Shown piece after piece: positions 15,618 through 24,504 of a stretch of DNA of 32,000 nt. Made by a program: the position numbers and the translations under genes. The notes under the pieces are model-generated. The model was given only the letters and a program-made list of their open reading frames with translations. It was not told the origin of the DNA and did no database searches. This stretch comes from Methanococcus maripaludis (GTDB taxonomy: Archaea > AGJL01 > Methanococci > Methanococcales > Methanococcaceae), in contig NZ_CP026606.1 of the NCBI RefSeq assembly GCF_002945325.1, forward strand, positions 480,001-512,000. Direction: 5' to 3'. Numbering within the stretch: position 1 is the stretch's first letter; every line of letters begins with the position of its first letter.

Positions 15618-17455
15618 TAATTATTAGCTGAATTTAATTTTTCTGAAATCCAATTAAATATCCTATCGACATTTTTCAATGTTTCTTTGCTTAAATCGTC
15701 TTTTGAAATTTTTCCTTTATCCACATTATTTAAAAAATTCTGTGCAAGTATCGTTTTACTTTTACCAATCTTTTTAAGATAAGTAGATAAACTTTTACCA
15801 ATTTTTGCAGATTCATCTTCTAGAACTAATTTTTTAAAATCCACTTCAGCGAATACATCTTCAATATCTTTGTCGTCTTGATCTAAAATAAAAAGGAACC
15901 GATCTTTTGGAATCAATAATTTTTCCGTTAATTCTTTTTTATAACCTTTTCCATCCCTATCCTTATCAAAAATAAAAAATGGATCTAATTTCCAACCTAC
16001 TAAAATGGACGCTATTGAAGGTATGTTTTTCCCGCAGCCCGGAATCATCTCAAAATCCAATTTAGAATCGAATAATTTTTTAAATGCTTGAATATATAAA
16101 TAGTCAGTAATTCCTTCCACCACAAAACTATTCTTTTTATCTGCCCTTAATCCACCCGCCATGTTTTCCCCAATTGCAGTCAATATTGGGGTAATTGTAT
16201 CTTTTTTTGAGTTTGCCCAGCATTTATTTTGAATTTTCGTTCCTTTTTTTTCATCCCATTCGACAAGTTTGATCCTATGTAATTCTTTTAATAAATAAGG
16301 TGAATGGGTTGTATATATTATGCCCATATTGCTCGAAGCATCTTCTAACTTATGGATAATGTCCTCCTGAGCTTGTGCGTGTAAAAATAGTCCTGGTTCA
16401 TCGATTAAAAGAATATTATTTTTTCCTTCTTTGGATCGTGCAGTAATTCGGATATAAAATGCCAAATGCCACTGTTTACCCTTACTTCTTTGTTCTGGCA
16501 TGTATGAGGTGTTATCTTCTTTTACCCAAAATTCAACATTGTTATTATCCCATGTAATCTCTAAATTAGATTCACTTTGTGTCCAATATTTACCATAATC
16601 TTTTTGTAAATCTAAATTAATAGCTCCATTGTGATTCTTTTTTCCCTGACGATCTGTACTTTTTATAAGATTAATATCAAGATTACTTACCTTTTGAAGA
16701 TCTTTAATAAATTCATCAGTTTCCAAATTAGCAAAAGGTATTATATTTGGAATTTTTGAGTCTTTATATGTTTCAAAAATTATAAAATTTGGAATATATT
16801 CTTTTTTTACAACATTTTCTATATATTTTTTTATTAATTCATCATAGTCTGAAAATTCTAGAGCGTATTTTTTGGCATCATCAAATAACGCATTTAACCG
16901 AGTTTTGGTTTCTTCTTCAAAATCTTCAATTTTTGATTTCCCGTCTTTAATTTTTTGATCCATTAATTTTCTAAATTCTTCCGCATTACTGAATACTGTT
17001 GGAAATACCACATCAACGTGTTTCCCAATATAATTAATCTCGTTTTCGATTTCCACGATAATATCAATAATTTCACTGTTATAGTTCTCCAAACATTCTG
17101 ATATGTCATTACTTTCTAAAAAATAGTTTGAACCTACTTTTTTTACCTCTAATTCAATATCTTCCGAAAAACAGTTTTTTAAATAGAGATCAGGCATTTC
17201 TTTTATTTTTTTAACTTCTTCAATATTTATTTTAAAAAATAATGAAATTTCAGGATCCAATTTACTAGATATTGGTCTTGCACTTTCTCGAATTGTTTTT
17301 CCCACGTTAAAATCTTCCAAAGCTTCCAGAACTGAGGTTTTACCACTTTCATTCATTCCAGCTAAAACTGTAATGTTATCGGAGGATAAATAAACTTCAC
17401 CGCTATCGTTAATTGATTTGTAGTTTTTAATTCTAAATTTTGTTAAAGATACCAT
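15617..17455 (-). CDS. OLD-family nuclease (N-terminal ABC/AAA15 ATPase fused to C-terminal TOPRIM)
   Basis: Walker A LAGMNESGKTS, Walker B ILLIDEPGLFLH, H-loop IYTTHSP, TOPRIM Glu FVVEGITDYLY and DxD FIFDKDRDG. ATG at 17455 follows GGGTG; the track GTG at 17467 is upstream of it. Confidence 0.8.
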   Translation of the reverse strand: MVSLTKFRIKNYKSINDSGEVYLSSDNITVLAGMNESGKTSVLEALEDFNVGKTIRESARPISSKLDPEISLFFKINIEEVKKIKEMPDLYLKNCFSEDIELEVKKVGSNYFLESNDISECLENYNSEIIDIIVEIENEINYIGKHVDVVFPTVFSNAEEFRKLMDQKIKDGKSKIEDFEEETKTRLNALFDDAKKYALEFSDYDELIKKYIENVVKKEYIPNFIIFETYKDSKIPNIIPFANLETDEFIKDLQKVSNLDINLIKSTDRQGKKNHNGAINLDLQKDYGKYWTQSESNLEITWDNNNVEFWVKEDNTSYMPEQRSKGKQWHLAFYIRITARSKEGKNNILLIDEPGLFLHAQAQEDIIHKLEDASSNMGIIYTTHSPYLLKELHRIKLVEWDEKKGTKIQNKCWANSKKDTITPILTAIGENMAGGLRADKKNSFVVEGITDYLYIQAFKKLFDSKLDFEMIPGCGKNIPSIASILVGWKLDPFFIFDKDRDGKGYKKELTEKLLIPKDRFLFILDQDDKDIEDVFAEVDFKKLVLEDESAKIGKSLSTYLKKIGKSKTILAQNFLNNVDKGKISKDDLSKETLKNVDRIFNWISEKLNSANN

Positions 17456-17523
17456 CAATACACCCACGAAATACTTTCAAATGGATATCCATTTATAAAA
17501 AAGAATATAAATAATTTAATCAT

Positions 17524-18411
17524 TTGGTTATGGATTTTATAATTAAATTAAATGTGGGACTTATGATGGAAAAAGTTAAAGAAATTAATTTGAATGGATT
17601 CTTTGTAGAATTTGAGAGACTTGTACCTAATGAATATTTGGATAGTAAAGATTTTGAACTATTTTTAAAAAAAGAGGATATTTTGAAAGCTTGGAAAATC
17701 TGTCTGGATGATGCAATAAAGCATGATAGGCCTCCGATATTAATTAGTGTTATTCCTTATGTTCATACCTCTTTTGAAAGCCTAATGCGATTAATGTTCG
17801 TTAGTAACGAACCCAGATTTTTCGAAATTATTCCAAAAATTTTGGAAGATTATATTCGTTGGAATTATAACAAAAAAGAAAAAAAGGAAGAATTAGATTT
17901 TACGCTTTTGTTTGAAGAAATGGAAAAAATATGGGATGAAAAAAAATTTATCGATATCAAAACTAAAATTGAAAAATTAATTGGAAAAAGTGAACCTGAA
18001 AACCCCTTAAACCCTAAACTTAAAGATACTGAATCTAAACTTAAAGATACTGAATCTAAACTTAAAGATACTGAATCTAAACTTAAAGATACTGAATCTA
18101 AACTTAAAGATACTGAATCTAAACTTAAAGATACTGAATCTAAACTTAAAGATACTGAATCTAAACTTAAAGATACTGAATCTAAACTTAAAGATACTGG
18201 ATTTTTGAGTAAAAATGCAAAATCAAAAAATATATTATTAAAAATATGGGATTTTTTGTGGGAAGAAACTACCCAATGGAAAATTCCAAAATTACTAGTT
18301 ATAATACTCGTAGCGTTATTATTGATAATTATTTATAAAATTACGTTTAAATGGGACGAATCCTTTGAATTTATAAAAAATTTATCGATTATATATAGTA
18401 GTCTTAGTTAA
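17524..18411 (+). CDS. Tail-anchored protein with (KLKDTES)x8.7 tandem repeat
   Basis: Helical N-terminal domain, perfect heptad-length repeat, C-terminal TM LLVIILVALLLIIIY. The true start may be ATG at 17530 or 17563. Confidence 0.6.
   Translation: MVMDFIIKLNVGLMMEKVKEINLNGFFVEFERLVPNEYLDSKDFELFLKKEDILKAWKICLDDAIKHDRPPILISVIPYVHTSFESLMRLMFVSNEPRFFEIIPKILEDYIRWNYNKKEKKEELDFTLLFEEMEKIWDEKKFIDIKTKIEKLIGKSEPENPLNPKLKDTESKLKDTESKLKDTESKLKDTESKLKDTESKLKDTESKLKDTESKLKDTESKLKDTGFLSKNAKSKNILLKIWDFLWEETTQWKIPKLLVIILVALLLIIIYKITFKWDESFEFIKNLSIIYSSLS
18016..18199 (+). repeat. Perfect 21-bp tandem repeat AAACTTAAAGATACTGAATCT, 8 full copies plus 16 nt
   Basis: Counted directly. No substitutions between copies. 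In frame within 17524-18411. Confidence 0.95.
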
Positions 18412-18429
18412 ATTACTTAAAAATAAAAA

Positions 18430-18714
18430 TTATTCATTTTCAGATTGTATTTTTTCAATTTCGTTACATCTGTTAATTATTTCCAATCCTTTTTTAGTTA
18501 GTTTATAATATTTTTTGGGCATCCTCTTGTTCTCACTAACTTCTTTTAGTGAAACTAAGCCATTTTCTTCTATTTCGGCAAGTAATTTACTTAAATTACT
18601 TTTGTGGATGTCCAATTCGTTTAATATTTCTCCGAAATACATCTCACCACGTTCATTTAATAAATTTAAAACGTCTGTGGCATATGCTTTGGATAATAGT
18701 TTTAAAATACTCAT
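18430..18714 (-). CDS. Small winged-helix transcription regulator (ArsR/PadR-like)
   Basis: FGEILNELDIHKSNLSKLLAEIEENGLV (HTH) followed by the wing ENKRMPKKYYKLTKKG. Paralogue of 27837-28115. Confidence 0.7.
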   Translation of the reverse strand: MSILKLLSKAYATDVLNLLNERGEMYFGEILNELDIHKSNLSKLLAEIEENGLVSLKEVSENKRMPKKYYKLTKKGLEIINRCNEIEKIQSENE

Positions 18715-18839
18715 AACGAAACCGTATACTTTTTTACAATAAAATATGGTATGTTTGTATTATAAATTATAGTTTGTAGTTTGATGTATGGTTAGTAAAA
18801 ATACTAACATTTATATAGTTGGATATCCACCATTATTAT

Positions 18840-18912
18840 TGTAGGTAAAGATACTAACAGTTAGTATTATAACCTACATAATACTCCACCTGAACCCCCA
18901 TTTTAATTTTTT
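18840..18912 (+). ncRNA. Candidate small hairpin RNA or 5' leader (copy 1)
   Basis: TATA-like TTTATATA at 18810-18817. 23 nt downstream is a 39-nt palindrome, TGTAGGTAAAGATACTAAC-A-GTTAGTATTATAACCTACA. This is followed by CCACCTGAAC and CCCCCATTTTAATTTTTT. The architecture is conserved in copy 2 with a different stem sequence. Confidence 0.25.
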
Positions 18913-18951
18913 AAAATAACGACTAATAAAAAAACTAAAAGGTGAAAACAA

Positions 18952-19365
18952 ATGTCAGCAGAAATAGAAGAAAAAGTTTTAAGAAATCTAAAAAGCCACG
19001 AAGAATTGAGCGATATTTTAAAATCAACACTTTATAAAATGTCTTTAGAAGGATTTGAAGCATTCGAAGACTACAAAAATTACGCAAATCCAGATTCATT
19101 CTCAAACGTTGTTAAAAAAATTGAATGGGTCGAACTGGTTGAAGATGACAGGTTGTCAGTTCACAAATTGCAGAAAATCAAATTACCCGACCTTTCAACA
19201 AAAACCACAGAAATTATGTCAGAAGGCAATTTAACAATAGATCAGTTCTTAGTTGGATACATTGTCCCAGAAGATAAAGTTATTGAAGAAATAAAAAAAG
19301 GAAACGAATTATATTATGTAAAAGACGCTGATCTATTTTACAAAATCAATGTTGATGAATTTTAG
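18952..19365 (+). CDS. Conserved 137-aa acidic protein of unknown function, copy 1
   Basis: ATG after AAGGTGA. 136/137 aa identical to 28488-28901 despite 23 nt differences. Confidence 0.8.
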   Translation: MSAEIEEKVLRNLKSHEELSDILKSTLYKMSLEGFEAFEDYKNYANPDSFSNVVKKIEWVELVEDDRLSVHKLQKIKLPDLSTKTTEIMSEGNLTIDQFLVGYIVPEDKVIEEIKKGNELYYVKDADLFYKINVDEF

Positions 19366-19551
19366 ACATACCTTCAATAAACCCATACATATCCACCAAT
19401 TTTGCTTTTGTAATCATATTTGTAATATAAATAACAAGAATTTTCGTTATTATTCTTTTATTTGAATTTGAAAATACATTTTGATCGAAATTGATCTAGA
19501 AAAACCAAAAACCTACACAAATTGTATTTATAGATCAAAATTCATGTTTAA

Positions 19552-19629
19552 TGGGCCCCTGTACTTGGTGTCAATACGAATATAGGGTTCTAAATGAAAT
19601 ATTTAAATTTAAAAATTTCATCAGGGGCC
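19552..19629. repeat. Nested inverted repeat GGGCCCCTG ... CAGGGGCCC enclosing ATGAAAT...ATTTCAT
   Basis: Read directly. One interior segment (TGGTGTCAATACGA, 19565-19578) is also perfectly complementary to 19732-19745. Confidence 0.6.
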
Positions 19630-20103
19630 CGATATTTAGTTTAAATTAAATTCATGACTTTTTTTCAGGTTTTTGTAATAATGTTTATATATTGAAAAAT
19701 CTAATCTAAATTGTCCCGGGTAAATAGTTAAATCGTATTGACACCACTTTGAAATTTTTTACCCTTAGACCTCAAAATATAATTACGGTGAAATTGGGAC
19801 ATTCACCTTTAATTTCAAAAAAACTGATTTTTTTTAATATAACTGATTTTAAATTTAAAAATGTGAAACTTCCCCTTCAGGTATATATCTTATCCATATT
19901 TAAAATATTCACAATTAACCCCATAATAATCGTGCTTTTTTTATGATATTGCCAAAATCGCATTATTATATTCTAAATAATCGTTATTCTATTTTTTTGA
20001 TATGTCGGTTTTACTATTGGGGAAATGATTTAATTTAATGCCCCAATTTTCAGTTACCTACATAAAAACCATATATACCCCAATAAATAAACAGATCAAA
20101 GAA

Positions 20104-20124
20104 ACTTAATTAACAGTTAATTAA
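20104..20124. promoter_or_regulatory. Perfect 21-nt palindrome CTTAATTAAC-A-GTTAATTAAG upstream of the chemoreceptor gene
   Basis: Read directly, 36 nt upstream of the TTG start at 20160. Shares the core TAACAGTTA with the palindrome at 18840-18878. Confidence 0.35.
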
Positions 20125-20159
20125 GTATATTCCCCAATCCACATATTAGGTGTATAATT

Positions 20160-22349
20160 TTGAAAATAAGTTTTAAAAAAATTGGTACAAAAATACTTGT
20201 ATTTATGATACTTTGTGCAGTAATCCCACTTATGATCGTTGGAGGGGTTTCAACAGACAAAATATCAAATGAAATGGAAATACAAGGTGAAAACAGCGTA
20301 GATTTTAATTTAAAAATACTTGAAGAAACAATAAACAATATACAGTCAGAATTCGAAACCACTACAGATTATACTGCTAATTTGGATGTAGTTTCAGATG
20401 CAATTTCAAATAACGACAATGGAATATTATTAAATTTTGCAGAAAATATGAAAGAATCCTCAGAAGTAGATTTAATTGCATTTACTGATAAAGATGGGAA
20501 TATCATATCTTCATCTGACAATACACAGACGAATTTAAAACCTATTGTATCGAAATTACTTGGAAATGAAGTTCAAAGTTCATTCTTGATAATTTCTGGA
20601 GCTGAAGCTTCAAAATACAGCGATTATAAAGTAGATAAAACAAACGATGCTCTTGCACTATGTGCAGTTGCTCCAGTTTACAATTCTGGAAAACTTGTGG
20701 GAAGTGTAACCCTTGTTGATATTGTAAACAAAGATGATCAGTGGGTGGACAGAGTTAAACAGGTTACTGGAAATGAAGCTACAATATTCCTTAAAAATGT
20801 TAGAATTTCCACAACTGTTCAAACTAATGGGAGAGATGCAACAGGAACTACTGCATCAGAAGAAGTTTATACTAAATCTTTAAATCATCAGGAACACGTT
20901 GGAACTGCAACTGTTTTAGGTCAGTCATACATTACAAAATATTCCCCGATAGAAGATATTGAGGGAAATGTAGTTGGTATGATCTTCGTAGGAACTCCAG
21001 AAGGTCCATTTTTAGCAGTTATTAATGGAATTAGGAATCAAATCATAATAGTGGCAATTGCAGGGTTATTGCTTTCAATTTTGATTGCACTATACACTGG
21101 AAGAAAAATTACAAAACCGATTGAAGAACTCAAAAAAGGAACTTCTGAATTTGGAAATGGTAACTACGATTATAAAACCAATGTTAAAACTGGCGATGAA
21201 TTACAAGAACTTTCAGATTCATTCAACGGAATGGCTGGCAATATTAAGAATTTAATGAAAACAATGGATATGGATAAGGTTGAACTTGCAAATCTTCTTA
21301 ATAACGTAACAAACGTAATGAATAATGTTGCAAAAGGAGACTTTACCGCAAGAGCTGATGAAAATACGGAAAATAACACCCTTCAAAAAGCAATCAATAC
21401 TGCGGTTGCAAATGTTGCACAATTAATTAAAGATCTAAGAGAAGAAGTCGATTTACTAAATATTCAGGTTCAAAAAGTTGAAGATGAACTTAAAAGTGCA
21501 GAAGAAACTGCCACACAAGTTACAGAAGCAGCAACTCAGGTTGCAGAAGCATCAAGCGATCAGTCTTCAAAATTACAGGAAGCGTCAGATCAGCTTGAAA
21601 ATACGTACGGTGTCGCAAAAGAAGTATACAGTGCAGCAGAAGAAACAGTTAAGTCTGCTGAAGAAATCAGCGAAAACTCTGAAAACGGAGTCGAAAAGGT
21701 TGAAAATGCGATTTCAAGAATGCAATCGATAACAAATGTAATTGATGAATTAGGAAAAGCAATTCAAATGCTTGGTGATGATGGTAAAAAAATTAACGAT
21801 GTTACCGGATTAATTAAAGATATTGCAGAACAGACTGGTCTTTTGGCACTGAACGCTTCAATCGAAGCTGCACGTGCAGGAGACGCTGGAAAAGGATTTG
21901 CAGTAGTTGCAAGTGAAATTAAAGCACTTGCCGAAGAAATTAAAAAATCCGTCGAAGATATTAACCGTACAATTGATGGTGTAAATCGAAGAATTGAAGA
22001 TACAATGGATTTAGGATTAAAAGGAAAAGACGAAGTCGATAAAGGAGTAATTGCAATCGATGAAGTAAATGATGCACTTTTAAGAATTAAAGGAAGTGTT
22101 AACGATGCTGCAATCAAAATAAATGATATTAAAAAGGGCGCACAGAGTGCTACAGACAATACTGAAGGCGCTTTAAAGAATGCACAGGATATTGCTGCAC
22201 TTTCAGAAGAGTTTACTGCAACAGCAGAAGAAGTTACTGCATCAACTGAAGAATTAAATTCGATCATTGAGGAAATTAGGGGAATTGCAGAAGAAGTAAC
22301 TCAAGTCGCAGAAAGAGTAACTAAAAAATCAGGTCAATTTAAGATCTAA
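20160..22349 (+). CDS. Methyl-accepting chemotaxis protein (TM1, periplasmic Cache-like sensor, TM2, HAMP, signalling domain)
   Basis: Two TM helices flank a ~270-aa domain. HAMP ([13 protein letters not shown]...[17 protein letters not shown]). Highly conserved MCP tip [40 protein letters not shown] start after AGGTG. Confidence 0.9.
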   Translation: MKISFKKIGTKILVFMILCAVIPLMIVGGVSTDKISNEMEIQGENSVDFNLKILEETINNIQSEFETTTDYTANLDVVSDAISNNDNGILLNFAENMKESSEVDLIAFTDKDGNIISSSDNTQTNLKPIVSKLLGNEVQSSFLIISGAEASKYSDYKVDKTNDALALCAVAPVYNSGKLVGSVTLVDIVNKDDQWVDRVKQVTGNEATIFLKNVRISTTVQTNGRDATGTTASEEVYTKSLNHQEHVGTATVLGQSYITKYSPIEDIEGNVVGMIFVGTPEGPFLAVINGIRNQIIIVAIAGLLLSILIALYTGRKITKPIEELKKGTSEFGNGNYDYKTNVKTGDELQELSDSFNGMAGNIKNLMKTMDMDKVELANLLNNVTNVMNNVAKGDFTARADENTENNTLQKAINTAVANVAQLIKDLREEVDLLNIQVQKVEDELKSAEETATQVTEAATQVAEASSDQSSKLQEASDQLENTYGVAKEVYSAAEETVKSAEEISENSENGVEKVENAISRMQSITNVIDELGKAIQMLGDDGKKINDVTGLIKDIAEQTGLLALNASIEAARAGDAGKGFAVVASEIKALAEEIKKSVEDINRTIDGVNRRIEDTMDLGLKGKDEVDKGVIAIDEVNDALLRIKGSVNDAAIKINDIKKGAQSATDNTEGALKNAQDIAALSEEFTATAEEVTASTEELNSIIEEIRGIAEEVTQVAERVTKKSGQFKI

Positions 22350-22381
22350 TTTTTTTCTTTTAGTTTTTCAAGAGGTAAAAA

Positions 22382-22870
22382 ATGGATTCCAATATTGATT
22401 TTGAAAATTTTGGATTTACTGAACTTTCTACAAAATCATCTACTATTTCATCTGAAATTTTGAGATATTTCACAACGTATTGTGAAGGTAAAAAGAAAGG
22501 TTTTGATAAATTAAATCCAAAAGAATACACAAATCTAGTTTTTCTGACCTTGATGTTAATAAAGCTATTAAAAGAAGAAATTAATGATATAAATTTGAAC
22601 GAAGAGCAAAAAAGAACATTTTTAGTTTTCCAAAGATATGGATATCATGAACTTACTGGCGAATACGAAAAAAACTATTTAAAATATTCCATATGGCGAA
22701 AAGCCGATTTTTTAAAATATTCTATTGATAAATATGATATTTTTTTGGAAGAAAAGAATTCAGGATGGAAAAAAATCTATGCTATCCCAATACCAAATTA
22801 CCGTCACATGGACACAATCGGGGCAGTTATTCTGCGTGTTGCAAATAAATTAGGAATATTTGATTTCTAA
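22382..22870 (+). CDS. Hypothetical protein
   Basis: ATG after GAGGT, 32 nt downstream of the MCP gene. No motif recognised. Confidence 0.5.
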   Translation: MDSNIDFENFGFTELSTKSSTISSEILRYFTTYCEGKKKGFDKLNPKEYTNLVFLTLMLIKLLKEEINDINLNEEQKRTFLVFQRYGYHELTGEYEKNYLKYSIWRKADFLKYSIDKYDIFLEEKNSGWKKIYAIPIPNYRHMDTIGAVILRVANKLGIFDF

Positions 22871-23173
22871 ATTTATATTTTAGAAATAAATTCTATTTTT
22901 TTGAATATATATTGCTAGATAATACTCCATTTATCAAAATAACCTTTAAAAAGTCTTTTAATTCCGAAAAACTTATATATCATCAATATATATTAAAAAT
23001 AGTTCCGTTAACTCAGTAGTTTTTTAACGCCTATAGGATATGATGGAAAAAGTTCTGGAAAAAAAATGAATATTCAACCCCGAATAAATTAACGGAACAC
23101 CTTTTTCAGAACATTATATTAATAAGATTTAATGCTTTTTTAATATTGTTATGTTAAGACTAATCGAAAAAAC

Positions 23174-23668
23174 TTAAATTATTGGCGGCCAGTCTGATTT
23201 ATTGATATTTTTGTTCTGATCGTAAATAACATCTAATTTATTTTCAAAGTCTTTTGAAATTTTTCCAATTAAATATTTAAAATTTTCAAATTCTTCAGGA
23301 TTTAAAAGTTCTTTTATTTCTTTTACAGTTATAATATGCATTTCTTCTTTCCACAAAAATAGATAATTTCCTTTTTTTGTTAATTCGACCCTTACTTCTC
23401 TTTTATCCTCTTCAGATTTTATTCTTTTAACATACCCTTTTTTTTCTAATTTTTTAGTCGTATTTGTAATTGCAGTATTTGTGTAGTTTAATTTTTCTGC
23501 AATTTCGGAAATTTTGGGATTTTCCATATAATAGACTGCCTCAAGATAAAATTTATCACTAATACTAATTTCCAAAAATTCTTTTTTCGAAATTCCCTGA
23601 TAAAGGTAATCTCTTGAAACTGCATACATATATTCCCATATCTTACAAGTATCTTTTACTAATTCCAT
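23174..23668 (-). CDS. MarR-family winged-helix regulator
   Basis: ISEIAEKLNYTNTAITNTTKKLEKKGYVKRIKSEEDKREVRVELTKKG. The internal ATG (MELVKD...) is preferred over the track's TTG at 23719. Confidence 0.75.
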   Translation of the reverse strand: MELVKDTCKIWEYMYAVSRDYLYQGISKKEFLEISISDKFYLEAVYYMENPKISEIAEKLNYTNTAITNTTKKLEKKGYVKRIKSEEDKREVRVELTKKGNYLFLWKEEMHIITVKEIKELLNPEEFENFKYLIGKISKDFENKLDVIYDQNKNINKSDWPPII

Positions 23669-24504
23669 AATTAAACCTACAATAATATTCCTAATATTTT
23701 TCAAATATGATTTGATCAATATATATTGGTTTTATAAATTACTTTAAAATATCTGTTACGATTCCAACGTCCCGGCACATATTTCCTTTAAATTTTAGTA
23801 ACTAATTATAATTTCAAAACAATACATGTTAATTAATACTCGTTTATTAAAAATCATATATATAATTTTATAATTTTATCGATGATTTAATTTTAAAACT
23901 AAAAAAGGAAGATTAATATTTTATCGAAGAATAATTATTTTAATCCAATTTAAACCATTAAATTCTGTTTATTATTAAAGTTTTTGATTTTTTCACGATG
24001 AAAAGTAGTAATAAGTAGAATACTAAATAAACCCATATGTGGGATAATATCCCATACTCCTACTTTGTGAATAAACTTGGGGCCAGGGGTCTGCTAATTT
24101 ATTATTGCAAAAAATATCATACACCATAATGGAAATAGCTTAAAACCGAAATGTAACTGTATTTCGCAGATACGAACTTTTTTTATCTTTTTTATTGTGG
24201 CAAATGAATTTATTCCACAGGGGTGACTGTCAGAATAACTAATATCCATTTACCACAAAAACCAAAGAATTGAAAAAATTCAGAGACACTTTATTATATT
24301 TATTTTAAGGTATTTTAAACTTTTAATTTTTAATTTGTGGAATTTAAATAAATCGGTTATTCACTATTTTAAAAGTATAATTAAAGTTTAAATTGATTAT
24401 AATTTACAATTATACGTTTAATTAAAAAAAGGACTTCATTAATTTGATAAATGTTAAATAACTCTGAGTTAAAAATATTAATTGTAAAACGAGGGGTGTT
24501 AAAT

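Larger units (their letters stand above)
18411..19365. repeat. Module copy 1: wHTH gene (-), divergent control region, 137-aa gene (+)
   Basis: Colinear with 27818-28901. A 31-nt left boundary matches 30/31. The 137-aa genes differ at 23 of 414 nt. Confidence 0.9.

Noticed and set aside
15617-17455. OLD nuclease as GajA of a Gabija system, or as PARIS
   Set aside because: No UvrD-like GajB gene and no separate AriB gene is adjacent, so only the generic OLD-family call is supported.
18016-18199. Tandem 21-bp repeats as a possible CRISPR array
   Set aside because: There are no spacers between the repeats. The units are contiguous, in frame and inside a CDS. No CRISPR array or cas gene is visible anywhere in the window.
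19749-19946. 65-aa + strand ORF in the long intergenic region
   Set aside because: It has a TTG start without an SD and low-complexity Ile/Phe/Lys composition. It sits within a region full of inverted repeats and is more likely non-coding.
21764-22267. 167-aa minus-strand ORF (also 21170-21379 minus and 21478-21732 plus) inside the MCP gene
   Set aside because: These are antisense or alternative-frame shadows of the Ala/Glu/Ser-rich coiled-coil signalling domain. They are low complexity with no RBS, while the + strand frame carries the unmistakable MCP tip motif.
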